Notes under the pieces: model-generated | What the model was told of the DNA's origin: nothing | Databases searched by the model: none | What the model saw: the letters and a program-made list of their open reading frames with translations, nothing else | Part shown: positions 1-8,899 of the stretch, one piece after another | How positions within the stretch are numbered: the stretch's first letter is position 1 | How the letters are laid out: every line of letters begins with the position of its first letter | Origin: a virus | Reading direction: 5' to 3' (one strand) | Virus record (IMG/VR): IMGVR_UViG_3300020469_000009 | Length of the DNA: 64,000 bases | Translations under genes and position numbers: made by a program

Positions 1-1
1 A

Positions 2-1078
2 GTGCACGACCCCAAACTCAACACTGATATGAAAGAGGTTTGCGAAGATGCAGACATAATCTTTGTTGCTGTTCCGACACCTCATCAACCTGCATACGGC
101 GGTGATAAACCTACATACAATTTACCAGCTACAGACTTTAATTATGAAATACTAAAAGATGTATTAATTGATTTGAATGACTATGCAAGAGAAGATGCTT
201 TAGTTGCAGTTATATCTACAGTATTACCAACCACATTTAGAAAACAACTTATTGACATACCAAAAAAATATAGATTAGTTTACAATCCATACTTAATAGC
301 AATGGGTACAGTAAAAGAAGACTTTTTAAATCCAGAAATGATGATTGCTGGTGGAGACCCAGGTGATAGGGCTGAACTTATAGCATTCTATCAAGAAATT
401 ATTACAACACCAGTAAGATGGGAAACAGGTACCTTTGAAGAAGCTGAATGTATCAAAGTTTTTTACAATACATTTATATCTATGAAAATATCTTTTGTGA
501 ATATGATACAAGATATTGCTATGGAAATAGGTAATATGGATGCTAATATAGTATGTAATGCATTAGCTAAATCAAATATAAGAATTACATCAGAAAAATA
601 TATGAGACCAGGACTTGGAGATGGTGGTCCATGCCACCCAAGAGATAATATTGCATTACGTAAACTAGCTGAAGATGTTAAATTAAAGTATGATTTGTTT
701 GCATCAATAATGGAAGCAAGAGATTTTCAAGCTAAACGTATGTCAGAATATTTAGAAACATTTCAAATGCCAATTGTCATATTAGACTTTGGATTTAAAA
801 TGGAATCAGATTTAACAGATGGTTCACCATCTTTGTTAGTAAGTTCTTTTATAGAAGAAGAAGAGCCGGATATGTTTAACAATCCGGATGTAAAGTATGA
901 TACGTATCTTAGCTCACCGGCTGTTTATTTAGCAAGCCGAGGACCTAATCAAAACATGATAGATAATGTAGCTCATGGTTCAATAATAGTAGACCCGTGG
1001 GGAGATGACACAAGCGAGTTAGAGGTACCTGAATCAATTAAGATTATCAGATACGGTACCCAAGAATGTTTCCATTAA
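2..1078 (+). CDS. ugd: UDP-glucose/GDP-mannose 6-dehydrogenase (5'-truncated)
   Basis: IFVAVPTP, STV, YNPYLIAMG, K..YNTF, PGLGDGGPCHPRD catalytic-Cys motif. Confidence 0.9.
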   Translation: MHDPKLNTDMKEVCEDADIIFVAVPTPHQPAYGGDKPTYNLPATDFNYEILKDVLIDLNDYAREDALVAVISTVLPTTFRKQLIDIPKKYRLVYNPYLIAMGTVKEDFLNPEMMIAGGDPGDRAELIAFYQEIITTPVRWETGTFEEAECIKVFYNTFISMKISFVNMIQDIAMEIGNMDANIVCNALAKSNIRITSEKYMRPGLGDGGPCHPRDNIALRKLAEDVKLKYDLFASIMEARDFQAKRMSEYLETFQMPIVILDFGFKMESDLTDGSPSLLVSSFIEEEEPDMFNNPDVKYDTYLSSPAVYLASRGPNQNMIDNVAHGSIIVDPWGDDTSELEVPESIKIIRYGTQECFH

Positions 1079-2109
1079 AAATATCTAACAATTATCAACA
1101 ACCATCAAGTTCGATATGGCAGCCTCTACTAGAGACTCTAAGAGAGAAGAAAGCTGTATATTGTTTTGAATATATGGGTGGTATGCATAAAGATAATTTA
1201 AAAGTTGCTAAAGACTTTTGGGAAGAACACTATGATAAAGACGGATATAAGATATTCAATATTGGTTTGGAACCTTGGTTTCAACAGTGGTTTCCATTAA
1301 AAGATGAATATCCATTTGATAAATGTACTTGGTGGCATTCACATGCTGGTCCACTCACTATGAACAATTGGATATATGCTCCATATTGGAAAAAGTCTGT
1401 AGATTGTACATTAGAACATGACCCATATAAACCAGTGCATCATAGAGTTGGAGCTGCATTGGTATCAAATCAAAAACAAAGAATGTTTACTTGGAATCGT
1501 AGACCACATCCTTGGAGAGTTGCTATGATACAAGGACTCTTAGAGAGAAACTTAGAGATGGAAATACGTATGCCACATCATAATGAAGAACCTGAAAGGC
1601 CTGGTGCTTTTAAACCACTGAAAGAACTCATACCACAGTGGGGTAAGTACAAACAAAGGATTACAAATGAAGGTGTTGATATTGAACCTGGTGAGAATGG
1701 AGCATTAAAAAACTCTTGGGAAGGAAGATGTGAACATACCTTTGAGGTGATATCAGAAACTACAGTTGAACGTGGTGGATTAGTCACCTTTGCTAGTGAA
1801 AAGACATTTAGAGCTTTAAGGTCTGGTAATCTATTCTTAGTGTGGGGACAACAAGGCCATGCTGCAAATTTAAGAACAAGAGGATGGAAATTATTTGAAA
1901 AATATATCAATTATGAGTATGATTTAATAGAGAATAATAAACTTCGTTTACAAAAGTTTTTAGATGAAGTTGAACGTATCTATAATATGTCAGATGATGA
2001 CTATGAAGATATGTGGAGTAATACGTATAAAGATAGAAAACATAACCAAGAGTATTCCTTACATTGGAATGCTTCAATAGATAGGTGGATGAATGAAGAA
2101 GCTCGGTAA
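1066..2109 (+). CDS. putative glycosyltransferase (GT10-like C-terminal motif)
   Basis: ISET...SEKTFRAL...FLVWG motif typical of phage GT10-like proteins; follows ugd. Confidence 0.55.
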   Translation: MFPLKISNNYQQPSSSIWQPLLETLREKKAVYCFEYMGGMHKDNLKVAKDFWEEHYDKDGYKIFNIGLEPWFQQWFPLKDEYPFDKCTWWHSHAGPLTMNNWIYAPYWKKSVDCTLEHDPYKPVHHRVGAALVSNQKQRMFTWNRRPHPWRVAMIQGLLERNLEMEIRMPHHNEEPERPGAFKPLKELIPQWGKYKQRITNEGVDIEPGENGALKNSWEGRCEHTFEVISETTVERGGLVTFASEKTFRALRSGNLFLVWGQQGHAANLRTRGWKLFEKYINYEYDLIENNKLRLQKFLDEVERIYNMSDDDYEDMWSNTYKDRKHNQEYSLHWNASIDRWMNEEAR

Positions 2110-3331
2110 AATGAAAGGAACTGGTAAGAAGACATTACCACTTGGACAGTATGCCTGGGTCATAGGTAATGGTGTGACACGTCAGGGTAAAGATATGAAG
2201 AAGCTCAAAGACTATGGTATCTTATATGCTTGCAATTGGTTCTATAAAAAAGAATTTGCACCACATGTCTTAGTGGCATCTGATGAACCTATGACAAGAA
2301 CAATATTAAAGACAACACCAGGCTGGCCAAGAAACAATTGGTTCTATACTTGGTTTCCTAAACCTGGGTCTGGTGCAAAGAAGATACCCACACCAGAGAA
2401 GTTTGCAGCTGGTCCATCAGCCTGTTATATTGCGGCTAAAGTCCATCAACATAAGAAGATATTTCTGATTGGTAATGATTTCTTTGGAAAGGGTAGTACC
2501 TTTGATGTCAATAATCCAGATGATAATGGTATTATGAATAATCTATATGAGGGTGAGAAGCATTATGCTAAAGTAAAAGATGGTATGTTAAATGGAGCAC
2601 CAACATTTAGAAACTGGCAAAGACGATATCAATGGATTATTAAACAATTTCCTGATACTGAGTTCTATCATGTGGAACCTTTTGAAGGTAAGAGTCCACC
2701 AAGAATGATTGGCTTTGATAACTTTCATCAAATTACTTGGGATAATCTTATGGACCATATTGATAATGATGCAGAACTTATTGACATAAAGGTGATTACC
2801 GATGAGGATAAGGCCATTGCTTATAGTGATAACCCTGATGATATTAAAGCTGCAGTGGAAAGACAAATGGCTGGACAAGAAAATGTTATCTATCCTGACC
2901 TTATGCATGCCGAAGATGTATTGAAACTCAGAATACAAGCCAAACGTGAACAGCAAAAGCATGGAGATAAAGGTAAGGACATACTTTTAGAGTGTGATAT
3001 TAGTACACAGGCTGGACAATTTAAGATACAAGTACCCTGGATGGGAATGAAAACACCAGGAGGTGCCTATGTCTATCCCACCGATCAAGAGCAGCAGATG
3101 TTCTTTAATAAGGAACTTGAAGACCGTATGAGATTACGTATGGCCTATACTGGTAGTGAAAATGCCTTAAACGGTTTGCCCCGCGCAATAGTTCCCGAGG
3201 AGGCTTCGAAACCTAAAGACATATTCTTAACAGCTCCGCCTCCACCGAATATCCCAGGAGCACAGCCGATTATACCGTTTGAAGATAATGATACACAGAA
3301 ATCGGTATTACCACCACCACCAATCATATAA
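2093..3331 (+). CDS. MAF/DUF115 (sialyltransferase-like) domain protein with Pro-rich C-terminus
   Basis: VIGNG, YACN, LVASD, IFLIGND motifs; ends APPPP...LPPPPII. Confidence 0.55.
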   Translation: MKKLGKMKGTGKKTLPLGQYAWVIGNGVTRQGKDMKKLKDYGILYACNWFYKKEFAPHVLVASDEPMTRTILKTTPGWPRNNWFYTWFPKPGSGAKKIPTPEKFAAGPSACYIAAKVHQHKKIFLIGNDFFGKGSTFDVNNPDDNGIMNNLYEGEKHYAKVKDGMLNGAPTFRNWQRRYQWIIKQFPDTEFYHVEPFEGKSPPRMIGFDNFHQITWDNLMDHIDNDAELIDIKVITDEDKAIAYSDNPDDIKAAVERQMAGQENVIYPDLMHAEDVLKLRIQAKREQQKHGDKGKDILLECDISTQAGQFKIQVPWMGMKTPGGAYVYPTDQEQQMFFNKELEDRMRLRMAYTGSENALNGLPRAIVPEEASKPKDIFLTAPPPPNIPGAQPIIPFEDNDTQKSVLPPPPII

Positions 3332-3543
3332 TGAATCGAGATATAATTGAAAGCCTTATTGATATTGGCAGCGGATTTATATTAGCAATAGTAATCCAAT
3401 TGACAATCTTTCCATACTATAATATCAGTGTATCGATATTCGAAAACTTCCAAATTGCACTGATATTCCTCTTAGTATCATTAACACGTTCAGCATTATG
3501 GAGAAGATTCTTTAGAAAGAGGAAAGAGTTTACAAAACCGTAA
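3331..3543 (+). CDS. small two-TM membrane protein
   Basis: two hydrophobic helices and a basic C-terminus; start overlaps upstream stop. Confidence 0.7.
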   Translation: MNRDIIESLIDIGSGFILAIVIQLTIFPYYNISVSIFENFQIALIFLLVSLTRSALWRRFFRKRKEFTKP

Positions 3544-3584
3544 CACAGATGAAACAAATCTGTCACAAACAGTATAAATTAAGT

Positions 3585-3728
3585 ATGGCTAATATAATAA
3601 TCAATACAATGATACTCCTCAGTCTACCATTCGGTATCTATGGGTTCTATATACTACTAGGCGATAAGCTTGATAACTTAATGAAAGCATCACGAATACA
3701 CAGAGTAGTAAACAACTTTATCAAATAA
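3585..3728 (+). CDS. 47-aa membrane peptide (not in ORF track)
   Basis: MANIIINTMILLSLPFGIYGFYILLG...; preceded by late-promoter-like TATAAATT at 3573-3580. Confidence 0.5.
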   Translation: MANIIINTMILLSLPFGIYGFYILLGDKLDNLMKASRIHRVVNNFIK

Positions 3729-3750
3729 AAATTTCTTCCGGAAAAATTTT
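3728..3750. repeat. near-perfect palindrome at the transcription convergence point
   Basis: AAAATTT(c)TTCCGGAAAAATTTT. Confidence 0.7.
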
Positions 3751-3882
3751 AAGGCTATCGTACCGTGAAAGGTCTAGTCACAGAGAACTGCTAGGCACTA
3801 CGCAAATGAGATCAAAGTCTCTGCGTGATTGCAGATTATACCTAGCTCACTGAGTATCGTTGCTGACGGTCGTCTCTGTCCC

Positions 3883-4401
3883 TTATTCGCCTATCTCAGA
3901 CACCAATCTCTCATTGATGTCCATGATTTCATCCCTGATATTATTAAGGGACTTACGCTTTGCGCCTGGTTTACTATTGATATCTTTAGCGATTTCGTCA
4001 AATGTATACCCTTCTGTACGCATACGGACTAGGCTCTGCTCATATTCGTTTAATTTACTAAACTCTTGAAGAGCATGAAAGGCGTCCATACTGTGTTCGT
4101 AGCCATTATCTGGAGCCCACTCTTCTGGTACTGTGGTATTATCCCATTTCCAGAAAGGGTCAACTGTATTCTGTATCTTCTTACGTATATAGAACCAAGC
4201 ATATGTCGTAAAGGATGCGCCCTTGCTATGATCGAACTTTTCCCATGCTTCACAGATACCCATATAGCCGTCCTGCATAAGGTCTTCGTATATGTGATAA
4301 TGATTACGTGTATATTTACGTGCGAACTTACGCACAACCGGTGTCATAACCTTAACGGCCTCGTCTAGAGTGTTAGGCTGCTTATATCCTGATTTTGCCA
4401 T
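3883..4401 (-). CDS. sigma-70 family RNA polymerase sigma factor (regions 2 and 4 only)
   Basis: DLMQDGYMGICEAWEKFDHSKGASFTTYAWFYIR (region 2); LNEYEQSLVRMRTEGYTFDEIAK (region 4 HTH); GGAG RBS. Confidence 0.88.
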   Translation of the reverse strand: MAKSGYKQPNTLDEAVKVMTPVVRKFARKYTRNHYHIYEDLMQDGYMGICEAWEKFDHSKGASFTTYAWFYIRKKIQNTVDPFWKWDNTTVPEEWAPDNGYEHSMDAFHALQEFSKLNEYEQSLVRMRTEGYTFDEIAKDINSKPGAKRKSLNNIRDEIMDINERLVSEIGE

Positions 4402-4513
4402 TATATATTGTCTCCAAAAATGTCTTTAGTGTGTAGGTAAAGGGCAACACAAGCACAATAGATTGTGAAACCCATAAGGGGAAATAGAACCCAGTATAAG
4501 ATTGCTTCTAACA

Positions 4514-4702
4514 TTATATGATACCTATTTCAGATGCAGTCTCAGCTTCTTGGTTAAAGATACCGGCAGCATCTTCGCCATACATATCTAGGAAGGCATC
4601 CTTAGCATCCATTAATGTAAAGTACTTTTTATCCGCATAATCAGATATAAAGTCTTGTGCTCTTTCGCTTAGTTCTAAATAAAGGTTTCCCATTTTACTC
4701 AT
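4514..4702 (-). CDS. hypothetical early protein
   Basis: AGGAG RBS; directly downstream of a sigma70 promoter cassette. Confidence 0.75.
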   Translation of the reverse strand: MSKMGNLYLELSERAQDFISDYADKKYFTLMDAKDAFLDMYGEDAAGIFNQEAETASEIGII

Positions 4703-4720
4703 ATTATTTCTCCTGTTTTA

Positions 4721-4837
4721 ATTAATTATAGGTACATTCTATCACAGTTCTACCCCATTGTAAAGGTTTTTTTTCAAATTATTTCCATGTTTACTATAGT
4801 TTAAACCATTGATAACACAACTATATGCAAAAAAGTT
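4721..4837 (-). promoter_or_regulatory. early promoter cassette copy 1 (sigma70 -35/-10 plus IHF-like site)
   Basis: TTTACA (4759-4764)-17 nt-TG.TAGAAT (4736-4741); WATCAANNNNTTR match at 4802-4814; repeated at 8172-8288. Confidence 0.8.
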
Positions 4838-4976
4838 TACTGCATATAACAGAAAGATAGGCACGAAAGTGCTCAGAACTCGAGCTCGCACACTTAAGTT
4901 GCAATTCTCTGAGATGTTCTGATCGTATAGAGGTCGCAGCTGCATTGTTTTTTTCATTGATTTAATCGCAAGGATT

Positions 4977-5282
4977 TTACGAGAAAAGCGCTAGGACATC
5001 AGCGATTATCATACAGACCGCAATGAATCCCATTATGAGTACAGTTCCGACTACTACGAGTAGACCTTTCATTACACTGATATTGTTATATGTGTATGTC
5101 TCCTCATTTGGTAGTTTATGCTTTATCCACTTTTCTGAATCGTTTACTGAATACTTGTTTGGTACTCCGAATATCGTACCATATCCTTTACTCATGTTAT
5201 ATACCGCTTTCGCTAAATCACTATCACTCATCGGTGCCGCCTCCTCGAAAACACGGCTCGCGCCATGTGTTTTTTTACTCAT
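4977..5282 (-). CDS. hypothetical membrane protein
   Basis: 101-aa ORF with a C-terminal TM helix. Confidence 0.55.
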   Translation of the reverse strand: MSKKTHGASRVFEEAAPMSDSDLAKAVYNMSKGYGTIFGVPNKYSVNDSEKWIKHKLPNEETYTYNNISVMKGLLVVVGTVLIMGFIAVCMIIADVLALFS

Positions 5283-5339
5283 GCTGGTGGTCCATTCATG
5301 AAAATCAGGAGTGTACCGAGATAAAGTATCAATAATAAC

Positions 5340-5663
5340 TCAAGTGGGGTCATACATCTGATAGGTTAATGTCAGTTCTTCTCCTGCGTTTATCTTACAT
5401 TTTGTCCATAGATACTTACATTCATAAATATCGATGACTTCATCAGTCTGTTCTAATGTTCCTATTTTTAAGATACAGTTAGAATTTTCAGGCTCATGAT
5501 TGACAAAACCTCCTAATGGCGTTCTGATTAATTTACTATCCAACAATACATGTGTCACGCCTAAACATATATTTGCTTCGATATCTGCCACAGCCATAAG
5601 ACCCAAGCCATGTATTACTGACTTGCCAATTGTTAATCTGTCATCTAAGGGCTTATATGTCAA
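5340..5663 (-). CDS. SET-domain methyltransferase-like protein
   Basis: S.IHGLGL.A, GGFVNH...NC, I.AGEELTLTY motifs. Confidence 0.85.
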   Translation of the reverse strand: MTYKPLDDRLTIGKSVIHGLGLMAVADIEANICLGVTHVLLDSKLIRTPLGGFVNHEPENSNCILKIGTLEQTDEVIDIYECKYLWTKCKINAGEELTLTYQMYDPT

Positions 5664-6103
5664 GATATCACCTTGCTTTGTGAAAGTTCTTTAAGCATAT
5701 GTACAAGTTGTACATCTTCAAACTCTTCTTTCAGTTCCATCTTATCAATATACCAACCAGCCATAGCTCTACCATCTCTTGTACGGATCATCTTAGGTCT
5801 ACGTGCATCATCGGTCTTTGGACATTCCCACACTTTAAGAGTGTCACTGTTGTCATATTCTAAGAACATCAACCGATCGACATCCATGCATTTACTGACC
5901 TGATTAGTGTGTTTCATATTGACTGTAAAGAAACCTGCCGGATGACGATTCTGAGTCTTAATTTCGACATTAAGTCCATCAGCATCTTTCGCATCTTTTT
6001 CCATATCATATTTGTCATCCGACAGGACGAGGTCATAACGAGCAGCCAGGCATTCTTCGCCTAACTGACCCATTAATTCTTTATTGGTTTTTTGCTTCTG
6101 CAT
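5660..6103 (-). CDS. PD-(D/E)XK nuclease-like protein
   Basis: GQLGEE...D....VEIKT; start moved to 6103 because an upstream ORF occupies 6081-6245. Confidence 0.55.
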   Translation of the reverse strand: MQKQKTNKELMGQLGEECLAARYDLVLSDDKYDMEKDAKDADGLNVEIKTQNRHPAGFFTVNMKHTNQVSKCMDVDRLMFLEYDNSDTLKVWECPKTDDARRPKMIRTRDGRAMAGWYIDKMELKEEFEDVQLVHMLKELSQSKVIS

Positions 6104-6245
6104 AAGAATCTTCAAACTTTTTGACAGCTTGTGTATTATCATGTATCTTATCGTCACATAACTCTAAGACTTTAGCATAGTCTTTTTCTTCTGCAGCATT
6201 TCTTATCTTGTATAGTAATGCTATTTCTTCTAGTACATCAATCAT
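6081..6245 (-). CDS. 54-aa hypothetical protein (not in ORF track)
   Basis: MIDVLEEIALLYKIRNAAEEKDY...; GAGG RBS and upstream AGTATAAT. Confidence 0.65.
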   Translation of the reverse strand: MIDVLEEIALLYKIRNAAEEKDYAKVLELCDDKIHDNTQAVKKFEDSYAEAKNQ

Positions 6246-6281
6246 ATATTTACCTCGCTTTATTATTATACTATTGTGTTG

Positions 6282-6734
6282 TTAAAAATTTCCTCTTTCG
6301 GGTTGAAAGGTCTTAATGGCATTTTCTCTCCACATGTCTACTACTGAGTCACGGTCATCAAATGCCATTTCTGGGAAGTCACCATCAAAATGTAGAATCA
6401 TATCCTGTAAATGATCACGTTTTAGCTCCACATCTGGTCTAAAATCAGTGTCACTCCTAAAGTATGACCTGTATGGTACTAACCCAGAATCTTTAAGTTG
6501 CTGTAAAGTCTTATCTCTAAGCTTTTTCTTTCTACCACTAGAAACTACAATCTTATATCCAGCATATTCTAGTAAAGCAGCCAGAGTAAAGACTTCTTTT
6601 ACAGGTTTGTCCATAGATACCTTTTCAGGGTCATTGAATGAATCCCAGTCTTTTGGTCTCTGTTCTACAAATCTACGTCTTTCATTGATGTTCATAAGTG
6701 TACCATCAACATCAAAAACTACATATTTACTCAT
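6282..6734 (-). CDS. HAD phosphatase, stand-alone PseT (polynucleotide kinase) 3'-phosphatase-like domain
   Basis: VFDVDGT, VVSSGR, DFRPD..LK, AFDDRDSVVDMWR. Confidence 0.85.
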   Translation of the reverse strand: MSKYVVFDVDGTLMNINERRRFVEQRPKDWDSFNDPEKVSMDKPVKEVFTLAALLEYAGYKIVVSSGRKKKLRDKTLQQLKDSGLVPYRSYFRSDTDFRPDVELKRDHLQDMILHFDGDFPEMAFDDRDSVVDMWRENAIKTFQPERGNF

Positions 6735-6826
6735 ATTACTATCCAACCTTCTGCTAATGCGATTAAAATTCCAATGAACGGTGTAAAACCAATCAAAAAC
6801 CAAATCAATCTTTCTTTATTACTCAT
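6731..6826 (-). CDS. 31-aa membrane peptide (not in ORF track)
   Basis: MSNKERLIWFLIGFTPFIGILIALAEGWIVI; ATGA overlaps at both ends. Confidence 0.55.
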   Translation of the reverse strand: MSNKERLIWFLIGFTPFIGILIALAEGWIVI

Positions 6827-7248
6827 GCAACCTTCTCTTTCCTGTACTCGTTTTTATAAATTACTTTACCTGTATTCAGGTTATCATGGTAAACATATCC
6901 ACCACGGTCACCATCAAATCTTCTAATCTTAATCCAATGACCATCTTCATTCTTAAAGAGTCTTGGCTCATAGTAAATGCTAGATTCAGAGAATTCTTTT
7001 TGTGATTTCTCATAAGATGGTACCCAATTATCAGTTTCTACTGACCATTCTAGCACATATTCTCTAGACATTGCATTATCATATTCAATCAATGGTATAA
7101 CTTCTGCTACCACTGATTGAATATTATTAACATCGACATCATCAATAATAAAGTCATGACCACCTTTGTATTTCCAATGACCTTCTTTAGTCAATTGGTC
7201 TACATCGTAGTTTTCCATATATTGTGTTTGTATTACTAATTTTGCCAT
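6823..7248 (-). CDS. hypothetical phage protein
   Basis: KLVIQTQYMENY...HWKYKGG; AAGGAG RBS. Confidence 0.75.
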   Translation of the reverse strand: MAKLVIQTQYMENYDVDQLTKEGHWKYKGGHDFIIDDVDVNNIQSVVAEVIPLIEYDNAMSREYVLEWSVETDNWVPSYEKSQKEFSESSIYYEPRLFKNEDGHWIKIRRFDGDRGGYVYHDNLNTGKVIYKNEYRKEKVA

Positions 7249-7277
7249 GTTTATCTCCTTGCTATTATTATTATACT

Positions 7278-7580
7278 CTAAGAGCGTCCTTTTTTTCGGT
7301 ACACTGCAAAAGTATCTGCATATTCTTTATGACAGTGCTCTTGTGGCCTAATATATCCAATATCAAGCTTTGAAGTACCTCTGTATTTGATTAAGTAGCC
7401 TTTGCCAAATAACAGTTTAAATGTATCAAGATACTTGATTGGTATACTCTTAAAGATGGATTGCTCCTTGTATGGACTTTTATATCTTTTTATGAATATA
7501 TCACGGGCATTTAAAGCAGCACCGTGAAATAATGCCAATTGATTTTCAAAGCCAATATCTGTAATTCCTGCTTTTATCAT
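7278..7580 (-). CDS. hypothetical protein
   Basis: GGAGG RBS; operon packing. Confidence 0.7.
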   Translation of the reverse strand: MIKAGITDIGFENQLALFHGAALNARDIFIKRYKSPYKEQSIFKSIPIKYLDTFKLLFGKGYLIKYRGTSKLDIGYIRPQEHCHKEYADTFAVYRKKGRS

Positions 7581-7581
7581 G

Positions 7582-7869
7582 TTATACTACCTCCATGATT
7601 GTTAATGGACAATTCCATCTTTGACCATCAATATCAACAATGGCTTTCGATCTTTTGATTTCAAGAATAGTACCAAATTGATCAGCAAATCTTGAGTCGG
7701 AAGTGAATTTGACTTTATCACCTACAACCATAGTTGCTCTAGCATTTCTGTTATTAGCAACTTTAAGATGTCTTTGTGTTTGTTTAACACAATCAATCAC
7801 ATCATTTAGTTCAGCTATCGTTTCGATATCTACCAAAAGTTTAGCTATTTTACTTACTGTTTTACTCAT
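7582..7869 (-). CDS. hypothetical protein with SH3-like C-terminal domain
   Basis: VGDKVKF...GTILEIKRSKAIV...WNCP; AAGGAG RBS. Confidence 0.7.
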   Translation of the reverse strand: MSKTVSKIAKLLVDIETIAELNDVIDCVKQTQRHLKVANNRNARATMVVGDKVKFTSDSRFADQFGTILEIKRSKAIVDIDGQRWNCPLTIMEVV

Positions 7870-7878
7870 ATTTTCTCC

Positions 7879-8151
7879 TTATGATTTGTTAGTTAATAAT
7901 TGTTTTCTTGCAGCAAAGTCATTTGCATCAAAGACTGAAAAGTATACTGGTACTTTTTTCTTTGTACCATCTTCTTGTTCTTTCTCTCTGAATCTAACTA
8001 GTCTAGCTACTGCTTTAAGACCTTTTACATTAGAACCTGAAATACCAAAGTATTTGATACCTTGTTTGAAAGTACAAACTTCTTCAACATCACCACATGC
8101 ATCTGCATTTGATCCGCTGTATTCATATCCAGTTGTTATATTAATTGTCAT
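7879..8151 (-). CDS. ArdC N-terminal (ssDNA-binding, antirestriction)-like protein
   Basis: N.TTG.EYSGSN, TFKQ, VKG.K, YFSVF pattern; first gene after an early promoter. Confidence 0.6.
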   Translation of the reverse strand: MTINITTGYEYSGSNADACGDVEEVCTFKQGIKYFGISGSNVKGLKAVARLVRFREKEQEDGTKKKVPVYFSVFDANDFAARKQLLTNKS

Positions 8152-8171
8152 AGTTTTTTTACCTCGTTTTT

Positions 8172-8288
8172 ATTAATTTATAGGTACATTCTATCACGAT
8201 TACGGCCAATTGTAAAGGTTTATTTTGAAAAAAATTCAAGGTTTACTATAGTTTAAGCCATTGATATTACAACTTATGCAAAAAAGTT
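8172..8288 (-). promoter_or_regulatory. early promoter cassette copy 2 (sigma70 -35/-10 plus IHF-like site)
   Basis: TTTACA (8211-8216)-17 nt-TAGAAT (8188-8193); IHF-like site at 8254-8266. Confidence 0.8.
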
Positions 8289-8302
8289 ATATCTTTATAA
8301 CC

Positions 8303-8330
8303 AAAAGTGGCCCTTTCGGGCCACCATTTT
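8303..8330 (-). terminator. intrinsic terminator
   Basis: GTGGCCC-GAAA-GGGCCAC hairpin followed by TTTT on the minus strand. Confidence 0.8.
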
Positions 8331-8338
8331 GATCAATT

Positions 8339-8899
8339 TTAGTCTATTAATGACACATGTTTGACTCGGTTCTTGACTAGAACCGTGTAGTCGGGATTGG
8401 TGGACCAAGCTTCTAAGTGGTCTACCATATCATATAAGTCAGCTCTAAATGCATAGTACATACTTCTTGCATCTCTAAACTTCTCATAAAAATGTAAGTT
8501 GTTTAGTATTCTCATCATGTCTTGTACACTATGACATTTGGTTTCATACTTTTTAACAGCCCATTTAGTACTAGAGTAGTTAAGTGGTTTTACATGTGGG
8601 CTTTTAAGGTCCCATGTGCGAATGCCAAATAAGTTATTTGCTTCATGAGCAAATCTACTAGTACCATAACCTGTTTCTAGTACTGCCATTGCGGCTACTA
8701 TTTCTACAGGTATTTGGTCTTGTTCATCTAATAATGTATTATGATATGTTGCACACTCTTTAACTGCTAATACAAAGCTATCATTATCATCATAGACAAT
8801 TTTAGGTTGTCCTGTGCTATTAGCATTGTGGGGTATTAACATAAAAAATAGGAACATCATAAACAATGCTCCCCATATTATTAGTTTTTCTTTTATCAT
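8339..8899 (-). CDS. glucosaminidase (GH73, Bax/FlgJ-like) with N-terminal anchor
   Basis: AMAVLETGYGTSRFA.EANNLFGI; WSTNPDY. Confidence 0.85.
   Translation of the reverse strand: MIKEKLIIWGALFMMFLFFMLIPHNANSTGQPKIVYDDNDSFVLAVKECATYHNTLLDEQDQIPVEIVAAMAVLETGYGTSRFAHEANNLFGIRTWDLKSPHVKPLNYSSTKWAVKKYETKCHSVQDMMRILNNLHFYEKFRDARSMYYAFRADLYDMVDHLEAWSTNPDYTVLVKNRVKHVSLID

Noticed and set aside
3750-3882. Self-cleaving ribozyme or tRNA
   Set aside because: No hammerhead, twister or T-loop consensus was recognisable, so it is kept only as an unexplained structure.
4742-4957. 71-aa ORF over promoter cassette 1
   Set aside because: It overlaps a repeated regulatory element, and no equivalent ORF is listed at copy 2.
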